Part shown: piece by piece, positions 10,895 through 20,676 of the stretch
Position numbering within the stretch: position 1 is the stretch's first letter
How the letters are laid out: every line of letters begins with the position of its first letter
Origin: an uncultured delta proteobacterium
GTDB taxonomy: Bacteria; Myxococcota_A; Polyangia; Polyangiales; JAFGIB01
Direction of reading: 5' to 3'
DNA length: 64,000 nt
NCBI GenBank assembly: GCA_963778655.1
Contig: CAVZVA010000005.1
Span: 320,001 to 384,000 of the forward strand
Position numbers and translations under genes: made by a program
The notes under the pieces: model-generated
What the model was told of the DNA's origin: nothing
Database searches by the model: none
Seen by the model: the letters and a program-made list of their open reading frames with translations, nothing else

Positions 10895-11180
10895 GGTCAT
10901 CCCTCTGTCGATGCTTCCGGCTTGTCGTCTCCCTTGCCTGTCCAACCTGCGCCCGATGCCCAGTCGCGCGGCCTGACCTGCTCGGCAATGAGCAAGGACC
11001 GTACACCAAGTAGGGCCCGGTAGGCGAGTGGACACTCGGCATAAAGCGTTCAGCAAAGGGTTGGAATCCACCGTGTAGACGTGCTATTCATGTAATACTA
11101 CAATAGGCTTGGATGGAGCCATCGAGGTGCTGCCGCCACGCGCGCGCGGCGCCTACATGCTTGCTTGAAATGACACCCTC

Positions 11181-13244
11181 TTGGCCGCTTATGCTCGGGC
11201 GTTCCGAGCGCAGCACGCGACAGGTAGCACGACCTTGAACGACTCAGAGCGCGAGCGCAGGAGATCGCGACCCGCACCGCCGTGCATCGGCGGTTACGCG
11301 CTGGGCCAGCGTATCGGCATCGGCGGCATGGCCGAGGTGTTCGAGGCGTATCGCAGCGGGCCGCACGGCTTTCGCAAACGCGTCGCGCTCAAGCGCATTC
11401 TGCCGCACGTCGCGGCCGATCCCACCTACGTGCGGATGTTCATCGAGGAGGCCTCGCTGGCCGCGCAGCTCGAGCACCCGAGCGTGGTCCAGGTGTTCGA
11501 CTTCGGCGAGGACGGCGAGGAGCTGTTTCTCGCGATGGAGCTGGTCGAGGGCGCCAGCGTCGCGCGCATGTTGCGCGTGCTGGCCGCGCGCGGCGATGCG
11601 GTTCCGCTGGACGTGGCGATGCACATCGCCGTCCAGGCCGCGCGCGCGCTCGCGTACGCGCATCGCTTGCGCGACACGCACGGCGATCGGCTGGACCTGG
11701 TCCATCGCGACGTCAGCCCGGGCAACCTATTGCTGACCCGTCACGGACACCTCAAGCTCGCCGACTTCGGCATCGCCCGCACCCAGCAGCGCGAGCGGCA
11801 CACCGGCGACCGCAACCTGCGCGGCAAGATCGGCTACATGTCCCCAGAACAGGTCAACGGCGAGCCGCTGACCTCCAAGAGCGACGTGTTCACGCTGGCG
11901 ATCGTGCTGTGCGAGATGCTGCTGGGCGAGACGCTGTTCTCCCAGGGGCCCGATCTGGATGTGCTGCTGCGCATCCGTCAGGTGGATCTCGGCGTGCTCG
12001 CGCGCACGCGGCGTCGCATTCCTTCCGACGTCCGCGGCTTGCTGCTGCACGCGCTAAGCGAAAATCCGGCCGAGCGGCCGGATGCGCGCGGCTTCGCAGA
12101 TGCGCTGGAGACAGTGATGGCCCGCCGCAGCATGGCGACCGGCGGTGCCGAACGGGTGGCGGCGCTGCTGCAGCGCTACGAGCTGGTGCCAGTCGACGAT
12201 CTCGACCAAGCCGCGTCGGAGGCCGGGGCGCGTCCGACCGCCCTGGTCCAGCTGGACGCGGTCTCCGATCCAGGACCGCGCGTGACCCTGGAGGGCGGCC
12301 TCGGCCTGGCCTCGCATAGCGAGTACACGCCCTTGCTGGCGGGCAAGTCCGGCCCGGGCAAGGTGCCGTTCCCCGAGCTGGTACGCCTGGCGACCACCGG
12401 CGTGATCGACGCGCGCACGCCCGTGGTCAAGGACCGCGGGGACGCAGTGCCGGCCTGCCAGCTGCCCGAGCTCTCGCGCATCTTCGCGACGCCGGCGCTG
12501 CAGTGGGATGACGCGGAGATCAGCGCGCCCCGCCGCCGCGGCGAGCTCGGCGCGGCGGTGCTGCTGCCGCTGATCCACAGCCTGAGCGCGACCCGCGAGA
12601 CGGGCATGCTCTACCTGCGCGACGGGGAGAAGCGCAAGAAGATCTACTTCGTGGACGGGCGTCCCGACTTCGTGGCTTCGACCCAGCGCGGCGAGATGCT
12701 GGGCCAGTACCTCGAGGACCACGGCCATTGCCTGTCGATGGAGGTCGACATGGGCCTGGCCACCATGCCCCAGCATGCCGGCAGGCTGGGCGATGCGCTG
12801 GTCGCGCTGGGCGTGCTGCGTCCGGTGCAGCTCTACCGCGCGGTCGCTGCCCAGGTTCGCGAGCGCTACCTGGAAGCTTTCCGCTGGCGCGGCGGCGAGT
12901 GGCGCTACGTGCGCGCGGCCGAGAGCCACGAGGAGACCTATCCGATCGAGCAGGACGCGCAGATGTTGATGCGCGACGCTGCGTCGCAGCTGCACCCCTC
13001 CGAGCTCGAGGCTGGGCTCTCGCCGCTGTGGGAGACGGTGGTGCGCCCCTCGGTCGAGCCGCCCGCGCCGCTCTCGGCCTATCAGGTGCCGGACAGCTGG
13101 CGCTGGGTGATCTCGCAGGCCAACGGCGAGAGCACGGTGGGCGCGCTGTTCGCGCGCTGCTGCCGCCAGTCGGGTCTGGACGAGGAAGACGCGTTGCGGG
13201 CGCTGTTCTTGGGCGTGTCCTGCCAGCTGCTGGACGCGGCCTGA
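11181..13244 (+). CDS. Ser/Thr protein kinase with C-terminal DUF4388 (PatA-N-like) domain
   Basis: Intact GIGGMAEV, VALK, HRDVSPGN, DFG and YMSPE; C-terminal ETGMLYL..KKIYFVDG; start uncertain (11181 or 11235). Confidence 0.88.
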   Translation: MAAYARAFRAQHATGSTTLNDSERERRRSRPAPPCIGGYALGQRIGIGGMAEVFEAYRSGPHGFRKRVALKRILPHVAADPTYVRMFIEEASLAAQLEHPSVVQVFDFGEDGEELFLAMELVEGASVARMLRVLAARGDAVPLDVAMHIAVQAARALAYAHRLRDTHGDRLDLVHRDVSPGNLLLTRHGHLKLADFGIARTQQRERHTGDRNLRGKIGYMSPEQVNGEPLTSKSDVFTLAIVLCEMLLGETLFSQGPDLDVLLRIRQVDLGVLARTRRRIPSDVRGLLLHALSENPAERPDARGFADALETVMARRSMATGGAERVAALLQRYELVPVDDLDQAASEAGARPTALVQLDAVSDPGPRVTLEGGLGLASHSEYTPLLAGKSGPGKVPFPELVRLATTGVIDARTPVVKDRGDAVPACQLPELSRIFATPALQWDDAEISAPRRRGELGAAVLLPLIHSLSATRETGMLYLRDGEKRKKIYFVDGRPDFVASTQRGEMLGQYLEDHGHCLSMEVDMGLATMPQHAGRLGDALVALGVLRPVQLYRAVAAQVRERYLEAFRWRGGEWRYVRAAESHEETYPIEQDAQMLMRDAASQLHPSELEAGLSPLWETVVRPSVEPPAPLSAYQVPDSWRWVISQANGESTVGALFARCCRQSGLDEEDALRALFLGVSCQLLDAA

Positions 13245-13343
13245 ACCCGGCTCGGGCGGCGGCTTGCAGGCCGGCTCGGCGAGCGCTGAGGTCGCCGCCA
13301 TTTCGCTTGCGCGGGTGCAGCCTTGTGGACACCATGCGGCGGC

Positions 13344-14678
13344 ATGAGGCCGTCTCAGGCGCCGGGGTTGAACGAAGGGCTCACCGCCGGCGAGCTGCGC
13401 GACGCGTGGATGATCCTGTCCCGCGACGACCGGCTGATGGGCTTCAAGCTGCTCTCGCGGGAGGAGTCGGAGGACTTCTTCCTGGAGCTGTCGGCGCGCG
13501 ATCACGCCGAGCTGTTGCTCTCGCTTCCGCAGCCCGAGCGGCGCTCGTGGCTGCGGTTGCTGGCCCCCGATGACGCGGCCGACCTGATTCAGGAGGCGCC
13601 GCCCGAGCAGCGCGAGCCGCTGCTGGCGCTGCTCGACGAGCCGACGCGCAAGGAGGTCAAGGCGCTGCTCGCGTACGCGGAAGACGCAGCCGGCGGCTTG
13701 ATGAACCCGCGCTATGCCCGCCTGCGGCCCGAGATGACGGTGGACGAAGCGATCGCGTACCTGCGCAAGCAGGCGCGCGAGCGGCTGGAGACCATCTACT
13801 ACGTGTACGTGCTAGACGAGCAGCAGCATCTGCTCGGCGTGGTCTCGTTCCGCGAGTTGTTCGCGGCGCGACCCGACAAGAGCGTGCGCGACATCATGCG
13901 CCAGGAGGTGCTGACGGTGCGCGAGGACCAGGACCAGGAGTCGGTCAGCCGCGTGGTCGCGCAGCAGGACCTGTACGCGATTCCGGTCGTCGACGCGGAC
14001 AACCGCATCAAGGGCATCGTCACCGTGGACGACATCGTCGACGTGGTCCAGGAGGAGGCCACCGAGGACATTCAGAAATACGGCGGCATGGAGGCGCTGG
14101 ACGCGCCCTACCTCGCGGTCGCCTTCACCAGCATGGTGAAGAAGCGTGCGGGCTGGCTGGCAGCGTTGTTTCTGGGCGAGATGCTGACCGCCACTGCGAT
14201 GGCGTACTTCGAGGACGAGATCGCGCGGGCTGTGGTGCTCACACTGTTCGTACCGTTGATCATCTCCAGCGGTGGCAACTCCGGCTCGCAGGCGTCGACG
14301 CTGGTGATTCGCGCGATGGCGCTGGGCGAGCTGAAGCTGCGCGATTTCTGGCGCGTGCTGCGGCGCGAGCTGGCGGCCGGCGCCGCGCTCGGCTCGGTGC
14401 TGGGGGCGATCGGGTTCCTGCGCATCGTGGTTTGGCAGGCGGTTCGGCCGACCTACGGGCAGTACTACCTGCTAATCGCGTTCACGGTGTCGGGCAGCCT
14501 GCTCGGCGTGGTGATGTTCGGGACGGTCGCCGGCTCGCTGCTGCCGTTCGTGCTGCGACGGCTGGGCTTCGACCCCGCCAGCGCCTCGGCGCCGTTCGTG
14601 GCGACCATGGTCGACGTGACCGGCCTGGTCATCTACTTCACCGCGGCCAGCATCCTGTTGGGCGGCACGCTGCTGTAG
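13344..14678 (+). CDS. mgtE: magnesium transporter MgtE
   Basis: PDDAAD, AGGLM, CBS pair, GGNSGSQ, DPASASAPFVATMVD. Confidence 0.93.
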   Translation: MRPSQAPGLNEGLTAGELRDAWMILSRDDRLMGFKLLSREESEDFFLELSARDHAELLLSLPQPERRSWLRLLAPDDAADLIQEAPPEQREPLLALLDEPTRKEVKALLAYAEDAAGGLMNPRYARLRPEMTVDEAIAYLRKQARERLETIYYVYVLDEQQHLLGVVSFRELFAARPDKSVRDIMRQEVLTVREDQDQESVSRVVAQQDLYAIPVVDADNRIKGIVTVDDIVDVVQEEATEDIQKYGGMEALDAPYLAVAFTSMVKKRAGWLAALFLGEMLTATAMAYFEDEIARAVVLTLFVPLIISSGGNSGSQASTLVIRAMALGELKLRDFWRVLRRELAAGAALGSVLGAIGFLRIVVWQAVRPTYGQYYLLIAFTVSGSLLGVVMFGTVAGSLLPFVLRRLGFDPASASAPFVATMVDVTGLVIYFTAASILLGGTLL

Positions 14679-14695
14679 CGGGCGGGGGCGCTCGG

Positions 14696-15775
14696 CTACT
14701 GAATGGCGCGCTGGCGCAGGTAGTGGTCGGCCAGCGTCAGGCACATCATCGCCTCGACCATCGGCACCGCGCGCGGCAGCACGCACGGGTCGTGACGGCC
14801 CTGGGCCTCCAGCGTGACCGCGTGGTTGTCGCGGTCCACGGTCTGCTGGGGCAGGGAGATGGTCGCAGTCGGCTTGAAGGCCACGCGGATCACGATCGGC
14901 GCGCCGTTGCTGATCCCGCCTTGCACTCCGCCCGAGCGGTTGCTGGTGGTGCGCGGGCGGCCCTCCGGGCCTGGCACGAAGGGATCGTTGTGGGTGCTGC
15001 CCCGCATCCGCGTGCCGGCGAAGCCGCTGCCGATCTCGAAGCCCTTGCTGGCCGGCAGCGAGAGCATGGCTTTGGCCAGATCCGCCTCCAGCTTGTCGAA
15101 AACCGGCTCGCCCAGGCCGGCGGGCACGCCGCGCGCGACGCACTCCACCACGCCCCCGAGCGAGTCCTGCTCGCGCCGCGCCTGATCGATGCGCTCGGCG
15201 ATGGCCGCGGCGAGCTGCGGGTCGGGACAGCGCGTGGGCGAGGCCTCGACCTCGGCCAGGGTCACGCGCTCCGGATCGGCCACGTGCTCGAGGTCGTGCA
15301 CGCTGCACACCCAGGCCAGCACCTCCACGCCCGCGGCCTGCGCCAGCAGCTTGCGCGCGATCGCGCCGGCGGCCACGCGCCCGATCGTCTCGCGCGCGCT
15401 GGCGCGTCCGCCGCCCTGCCAGTTGCGCACGCCGTACTTGGCTTCGTAGGTGAAGTCCGCGTGCGAGGGGCGATAGATGTCTTTCATCGGCTCGTAGGCC
15501 GAGGCGCGCGCGTCATGGTTGCGCACCAGCATGGCGATCGGCGTGCCGAGCGTGCGGCCCTCGAACAGGCCGGAGAGGATCTCCACGCGGTCGGCTTCCT
15601 GTCGCGGTGTGGTCAAGCGGCTCTGGCCCGGCCGGCGGCGGTCGAGATCGCGCTGGATCTCCTCGACGCTGAGCTCGAGCCGCGGCGGGCAGCCGTCGAC
15701 CACCACGCCCACGCCGCCCCCGTGCGATTCGCCGAAGGTCGAGCTGCGAAAGAGTCGTCCGAAGCTGCTGCCCAT
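14696..15775 (-). CDS. aroC: chorismate synthase
   Basis: [41 protein letters not shown]. Confidence 0.97.
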   Translation of the reverse strand: MGSSFGRLFRSSTFGESHGGGVGVVVDGCPPRLELSVEEIQRDLDRRRPGQSRLTTPRQEADRVEILSGLFEGRTLGTPIAMLVRNHDARASAYEPMKDIYRPSHADFTYEAKYGVRNWQGGGRASARETIGRVAAGAIARKLLAQAAGVEVLAWVCSVHDLEHVADPERVTLAEVEASPTRCPDPQLAAAIAERIDQARREQDSLGGVVECVARGVPAGLGEPVFDKLEADLAKAMLSLPASKGFEIGSGFAGTRMRGSTHNDPFVPGPEGRPRTTSNRSGGVQGGISNGAPIVIRVAFKPTATISLPQQTVDRDNHAVTLEAQGRHDPCVLPRAVPMVEAMMCLTLADHYLRQRAIQ

Positions 15776-15876
15776 GCGGGTCACGCGCGGTGCGTGCCGC
15801 GCCTGCCGCGCAGTATGCGGCAGCGCGCGGCCGCGTGCCAGGGCACGCGCCGGATGGTCTGGTATAGTGGAGCGGT

Positions 15877-17934
15877 ATGGACGGTCTCAGCGACGACAAT
15901 CCCCTGCTCGATGTCCGCCATCCCATCGCATTCGACCGCATCTCCGCCGCGCACGTAGGCCCCGCGGTCGACGTGCTGCTGCGCGATGCACAGCAGGCGC
16001 TCGACGTGCTGCAGCAGGACGTCTCGGCGCCGAGCTATCGAAACACCCTGCACGCCCTGGAGCAGGTGAGCGAGCGACTGGGCCACGCGATGGGTGTGAT
16101 CGGACACCTCGAATCGGTGGCGAACACGCCGGAGCTGCGCGAGGCCTACAACCTGGCGCAGCCCAAGGTCAGCGCGTTCTATTCCAGCATTCCGCTCGCG
16201 GAAGGCGCGTTCCGCAGGTTGAAGGCGCTGGCGGCCAGCCCGGAGGCGGCGAAGCTCGATCCGACACGGGCGCGTTTCTTGGAGAAGACGCTCGCATCCT
16301 TCGTGCGCGAGGGCGCGGCGCTGGGGGCCGAGGACAAGGCGCGCCTGCAGGCGATCAACGTGGAGCTCTCCGAGCTCACCACGCGCTTCTCGCAGAACGT
16401 GCTCGACGCGACCAACGCCTTCGAGCTGCTGGTGCAGGACCGCGGCCGGCTGTCGGGGCTGCCGGAGCGGGCGGTCGAGGCCGCACGCGAGAGCGCGAGC
16501 GCCCGCGGCCTTGCCGGCTACCGCTTCACCCTGCACGAGCCGAGCCTGGTGGCCGTGCTCACCTATCTCGACGACGCAGCGCTGCGGGAGCAGGTCTACC
16601 GCGCGCACAACACCAGAGCGGCGGGCGGCTCCTTCGACAACAGGGCGTTGATCGAGCGCGTGCTCGAGCTGCGCAAGCAGAAGGCGCAGCTGCTCGGCTA
16701 CCGCGACTTCGTCGATCTGGTCGTCGACGAGCGCATGGCGCACAAAGGCGACCGCGCGCGCGAGTTTCTCGAAGACCTGCAGGCACGCTCCGAGGCCGCG
16801 TTCGCGCGCGAGCGCGCAGAGCTGCTCGCGTTCCGGCGCGAGCTCGAGGGGCCGGACGCACCAGAGCTCGCGGCCTGGGACGTCGCCTATTACGCCGAGA
16901 AGCAGCGCGTCCGGCGCTACGACTTCGATGAGGAGGCGCTGCGGCCCTACTTCCCGCTGCAGCGCGTGCTGTCCGGGATGTTCGAGCTGGTCGGGCGGTT
17001 GTACGGCATCGCGATCGAGCCGGTCGAGGGGCTGCCGGTGTGGCACGAGGCGGTGCGCACCTACCGTGTGACCGACGGCGACGGCTCGCTGCTCGGGGTG
17101 TTCTACGCCGATCTGTATCCGCGCGAGCAGAAGCGCGGCGGCGCGTGGATGAACGCGCTGCTGACGGCAGAGCCCCGGCCCGAGGGTTGGACTCCGCACG
17201 TCGGCCTGATCTGCGCCAACGTGACGCCGCCGATCGGAGACGCGCCGGTGCTGCTCTCGCACCGCGAGGTCGAAACTATCTTCCACGAGACCGGCCACCT
17301 GCTGCACCACATGCTCTCGCGCGTGGAGGTCGTGAGCCTGGCCGGCACCAACGTAGCGTGGGACTTCGTCGAGCTGCCGTCGCAGATCATGCAGAACTTC
17401 TGCTGGGAGCGCGAGTCGCTCGATCTGTTCGCCCGGCACTACCAGAGCGGAGAGCCGATTCCGGAGCCGCTGTACAATGCGATGCGGCGCGCTCGCGCCT
17501 ACCGCGGCGCCTCGGCGATGATGCGACAGCTCGGCTTCGCCGTGCTCGACCTGCGGCTGCACATGCGTTACGACTCGCCGCGCGACGGCGACGTGCTCGG
17601 CTACGCGCGGCGGGTGATGGCGCCTTTCGCGCCGGTGCCGCTGCCCGACGACTACGCGATGCTGGCGGGCTTCGGGCACCTGTTCAGCCACCCGGTCGGC
17701 TATGCGGGCGGCTACTACTCGTACAAGTGGGCCGAGGTGCTGGACGCGGACGCGTTTTCGCGCTTTCGCGAGCACGGCCTGTTCTCGCCCGAGGTGGGCC
17801 GGGAGTTCCGCGAGAAGGTGCTGGCGCGCGGCGACAGCCGCGATCCGATGCAGCTGTTCGAGGACTTCATGGGGCGCAAGCCGGACCTGCACCCGCTGCT
17901 CGAGCGCTCCGGCATCGAAGCGACCAGCGGCTAA
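15877..17934 (+). CDS. prlC: M3 family oligopeptidase A
   Basis: KRGGAWM, HETGH zinc motif, [22 protein letters not shown]. Confidence 0.93.
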   Translation: MDGLSDDNPLLDVRHPIAFDRISAAHVGPAVDVLLRDAQQALDVLQQDVSAPSYRNTLHALEQVSERLGHAMGVIGHLESVANTPELREAYNLAQPKVSAFYSSIPLAEGAFRRLKALAASPEAAKLDPTRARFLEKTLASFVREGAALGAEDKARLQAINVELSELTTRFSQNVLDATNAFELLVQDRGRLSGLPERAVEAARESASARGLAGYRFTLHEPSLVAVLTYLDDAALREQVYRAHNTRAAGGSFDNRALIERVLELRKQKAQLLGYRDFVDLVVDERMAHKGDRAREFLEDLQARSEAAFARERAELLAFRRELEGPDAPELAAWDVAYYAEKQRVRRYDFDEEALRPYFPLQRVLSGMFELVGRLYGIAIEPVEGLPVWHEAVRTYRVTDGDGSLLGVFYADLYPREQKRGGAWMNALLTAEPRPEGWTPHVGLICANVTPPIGDAPVLLSHREVETIFHETGHLLHHMLSRVEVVSLAGTNVAWDFVELPSQIMQNFCWERESLDLFARHYQSGEPIPEPLYNAMRRARAYRGASAMMRQLGFAVLDLRLHMRYDSPRDGDVLGYARRVMAPFAPVPLPDDYAMLAGFGHLFSHPVGYAGGYYSYKWAEVLDADAFSRFREHGLFSPEVGREFREKVLARGDSRDPMQLFEDFMGRKPDLHPLLERSGIEATSG

Positions 17935-17947
17935 GCCTCATCTCGGC

Positions 17948-18011
17948 TCACAGGGAGACGGGAAAGCAGGAAGAGAGCCACTCTCGCTTTCCGTCTTCCT
18001 GCCTTCCTGTT
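17948..18011. repeat. REP-like palindromic repeat, copy A
   Basis: TCAC-AGGGAGAC-GGGAAAGC-AGGAAG [13 nt] CTTTCC-GTCTTCCT-GCCTTCCT-GTT between convergent genes. Confidence 0.8.
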
Positions 18012-19469
18012 TCATGGTCTTGGTTCACTCGGCGCCGGCGTCTGGTCGCCAGCAGGCGCTTCGCTCTCGGGGGCCGCGTCACGCTCGGGATTCTCGTTCA
18101 TGACCGACTGCGAAGGCGGGTGCTTCTGGCGGTGCGCGCAGCGGACCTCCTTGGGACGCCGGTCGCCGCGCGTCCAGCGCGTGTAGTGCAGTCGCTCGAT
18201 GTGGCCGTCATGGTGGCGCACGCCGGGGCGGAACAACGGAGCCGGGTCGCAATTGGTGCCGTCGTGGATCAGCTCGAAGTGCACGTGCGGGCCCTGGCTG
18301 CGACCCGTGCTGCCCACCTCAGCCAGGATCGATCCGCGCTGCACCTTCTCGCCGGCGGCGACGAAGTTGACCGAGTTGTGGGCGTAGAGCGTGACCCAGC
18401 CTCCGGGGTGGATCAGCATGACCATGTTGCCGAAGCCCGAGACCTGGTCGCCCGCGTAACCGACGATACCGGCAGCGGCGGCGCGCACGTTCCAACCGAT
18501 CTTGCCCATGATGTCCATGGCCTTGTGGTAGCCACCCTGACCGGAGCCGTAGCCGCGCACGAACGCGCCGTTGTGCACCGGCCAGCGCAGTGTGCCGGGG
18601 AAGTGGCCGAGCCGATCGGCGGCGCGCACCCAGCGCTGCTCGACGTGGCCGTAGAGCAGCTCGCCCGCCGCTTGGATCGTGCCCAGCCCCAGGCGATGCG
18701 CGACGGCCAGCGCGCGCCGTTCGCGCGCGCTCGAGCGCCGCCTGACGTGGCCGCGCCCGTCGTCCTCGACGCCCGGGATCGTCAGCCGCTTGCCGTCACG
18801 GATCCGCGTCACCTCATCGGCGCTGAGGTTGTTGGCGGCCATGATCTCGGCGACGCTCACGTGGTAGGTGTGGGCCACGTCCCAGACCGTCTCGCCCTTT
18901 TCCAGCTCGTGCACGACGTGGCTGCGGGTCGGCTTGCCGTGCTTGATCTGGCTGGGCTTGACGCCCGGAATGATGATCGCGCGGCCGACGTGCAGGCTAG
19001 GCAGGTCGCCGTCATCGAGCTTGTTGCGCGCCATGAGCGTCTCGATTGGCACGTCGTAGTCCGCAGACAGGCTCCACAGCGTCTCGCCGCGCTGCAGGTA
19101 GTGGTAGGCTGCGTTCTTGAGCTTGGGCAGCTCCTGCGCATGGGCCTTGCTCGCGAGCACGTCGACCTGCTTGGTCGCGCCCGGAATGCGCAGCTTCTTA
19201 CCCTTGCTCAGGCGTTTGGACTCGGCCCGGGTCATGCCGCTGGCGGTCAGGATCTGGTCCACGTGCACGCCGTAGGCGCGGGCGATGTCCCACAGCGTCT
19301 CGCCTTCCTGGACCACGTGCTCGACCGAGGGGCCTGCCGCGGCTGGCGCGGCCGCTGGCGGCGCGTTGGCCGCGGAGCCGCCCGCCTGGGCCGTCGCCGG
19401 CTCGCCGCACCCTACGATCACGCCCAACGCAAACGGCCCGCACAGGCCCAACAACCACCACCGCGTCAT
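18012..19469 (-). CDS. LysM (x3) + M23 peptidase lipoprotein
   Basis: Lipobox VIVGC, three GETLW/GETVW LysM repeats, HKAMD, YAHN, GPHVHFE. Confidence 0.9.
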   Translation of the reverse strand: MTRWWLLGLCGPFALGVIVGCGEPATAQAGGSAANAPPAAAPAAAGPSVEHVVQEGETLWDIARAYGVHVDQILTASGMTRAESKRLSKGKKLRIPGATKQVDVLASKAHAQELPKLKNAAYHYLQRGETLWSLSADYDVPIETLMARNKLDDGDLPSLHVGRAIIIPGVKPSQIKHGKPTRSHVVHELEKGETVWDVAHTYHVSVAEIMAANNLSADEVTRIRDGKRLTIPGVEDDGRGHVRRRSSARERRALAVAHRLGLGTIQAAGELLYGHVEQRWVRAADRLGHFPGTLRWPVHNGAFVRGYGSGQGGYHKAMDIMGKIGWNVRAAAAGIVGYAGDQVSGFGNMVMLIHPGGWVTLYAHNSVNFVAAGEKVQRGSILAEVGSTGRSQGPHVHFELIHDGTNCDPAPLFRPGVRHHDGHIERLHYTRWTRGDRRPKEVRCAHRQKHPPSQSVMNENPERDAAPESEAPAGDQTPAPSEPRP

Positions 19470-19588
19470 CCAGCTCCCTTCGACTGCTGCTACGGGCCAC
19501 CGGCCTCGGCCGGTTAACTACAACACTGAGCGCGCGGCACAACCTCGGCTTACCGGCGGCGTGCCAGCATGGTCGAGTGGAATCGGGA

Positions 19589-19652
19589 TTGAACAGCAAG
19601 GCGGGAAGAACAAAAATGCGTCCGAGCTTCCCGTCTTCCCATCTTCCTGTGA
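19589..19652. repeat. REP-like palindromic repeat, copy B
   Basis: TTGAAC-AGCAAGGC-GGGAAG [18 nt] CTTCCC-GTCTTCCC-ATCTTCCT-GTGA. Confidence 0.82.
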
Positions 19653-19662
19653 GGCTTTCTTC

Positions 19663-20502
19663 GTGGCGAGCGAGCACACGGTAAAGGTGGCGCTCAGCGT
19701 GGCGGGCTCCGACCCCTCGGGGGGGGCCGGGATCGCCGCGGATCTGAAGACCTTTCACCAGCACGGCGTATACGGCTGCGCGGTCGTCAGCCTGTTGACC
19801 GTGCAGAACACGCGTGCCCTGCAGCGGGTGGAGGTCTTGCCCGCCGCGCTGGTGGGCGAGCAGCTCGAGGCCGTGTTGCAGGACATCACGCCGCAGGCGG
19901 CGAAGACCGGCGCGCTCGGCTCGTCCGAGATCGTCGCCGAAGTCGCACGTCGCTTCGGCGCTGCGCGCATTCCGCTGGTGGTCGACCCCGTGCGTGTCGC
20001 CAAGCACGGCGCGGCGCTGCTCGACGCTGCGGCGCGCAGCGCGCTGCTCGAGCGGCTGATCCCGCAAGCGGTGCTGCTGACGGCCAACGCGGACGAGGCC
20101 GCGTGGCTTGCCGAGCGGCCGGTGCGCGACGAGGCGGAGGCGCTCGCCGCGGCCGAACGGCTGTGCGCGCTGGGGGCGCGCGCGGTGCTGGTCAAGGGCG
20201 GGCACCTGCAAGGCGAGCAGGCAGTGGACCTGCTGCTTCACGCAGGCCGCGTGCAGCGCCTGAGCGCGCCGCGGCTGTCCGCGCGCCACACCCACGGCGT
20301 CGGCTGCACGCTCTCGGCGGCGATCACCGCGAACCTCGCGCTCGGCCTGCCGCTGCCGGAGGCCTGCGGCCGGGCCAAGCGCTGGCTCAGCAGCGCGATC
20401 GCCTCGGCGCCGGGGGTCGGCCGGGGCATTGGCGCCGTCGACCACCTGGCGCCGCTGGCCGACGACCAAGAGACAGGAAGACGGGACAGCGGGAGGGACT
20501 GA
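19663..20502 (+). CDS. thiD: hydroxymethylpyrimidine/phosphomethylpyrimidine kinase
   Basis: AGSDPSGGAGIAADLKT, VVDPV, VKGGH, THGVGCTLSAAI; GTG start at 19663. Confidence 0.92.
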   Translation: MASEHTVKVALSVAGSDPSGGAGIAADLKTFHQHGVYGCAVVSLLTVQNTRALQRVEVLPAALVGEQLEAVLQDITPQAAKTGALGSSEIVAEVARRFGAARIPLVVDPVRVAKHGAALLDAAARSALLERLIPQAVLLTANADEAAWLAERPVRDEAEALAAAERLCALGARAVLVKGGHLQGEQAVDLLLHAGRVQRLSAPRLSARHTHGVGCTLSAAITANLALGLPLPEACGRAKRWLSSAIASAPGVGRGIGAVDHLAPLADDQETGRRDSGRD

Positions 20503-20544
20503 GGACCTTCCCACTGTCCCTGCGCGCTTCCCGCTTTCCTGCAA
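20471..20544. repeat. REP-like palindromic repeat, copy C (overlaps thiD 3' end)
   Basis: AGAC-AGGAAGAC-GGGACAGC-GGGAGG [30 nt] CTTCCC-GCTTTCCT-GCAA. Confidence 0.7.
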
Positions 20545-20676
20545 TTCGGAAACAGCCGCTTCCGCGTGGTGGCGAGGCCCCGGGATCAGCAGTGATTTCT
20601 TGCCTGCCGCCGTGCCTTGCTGCTAGCAAGTGGGGGCGGGCAGACTGAACTTAATAGCAGGCCCGCACCCACCCCA

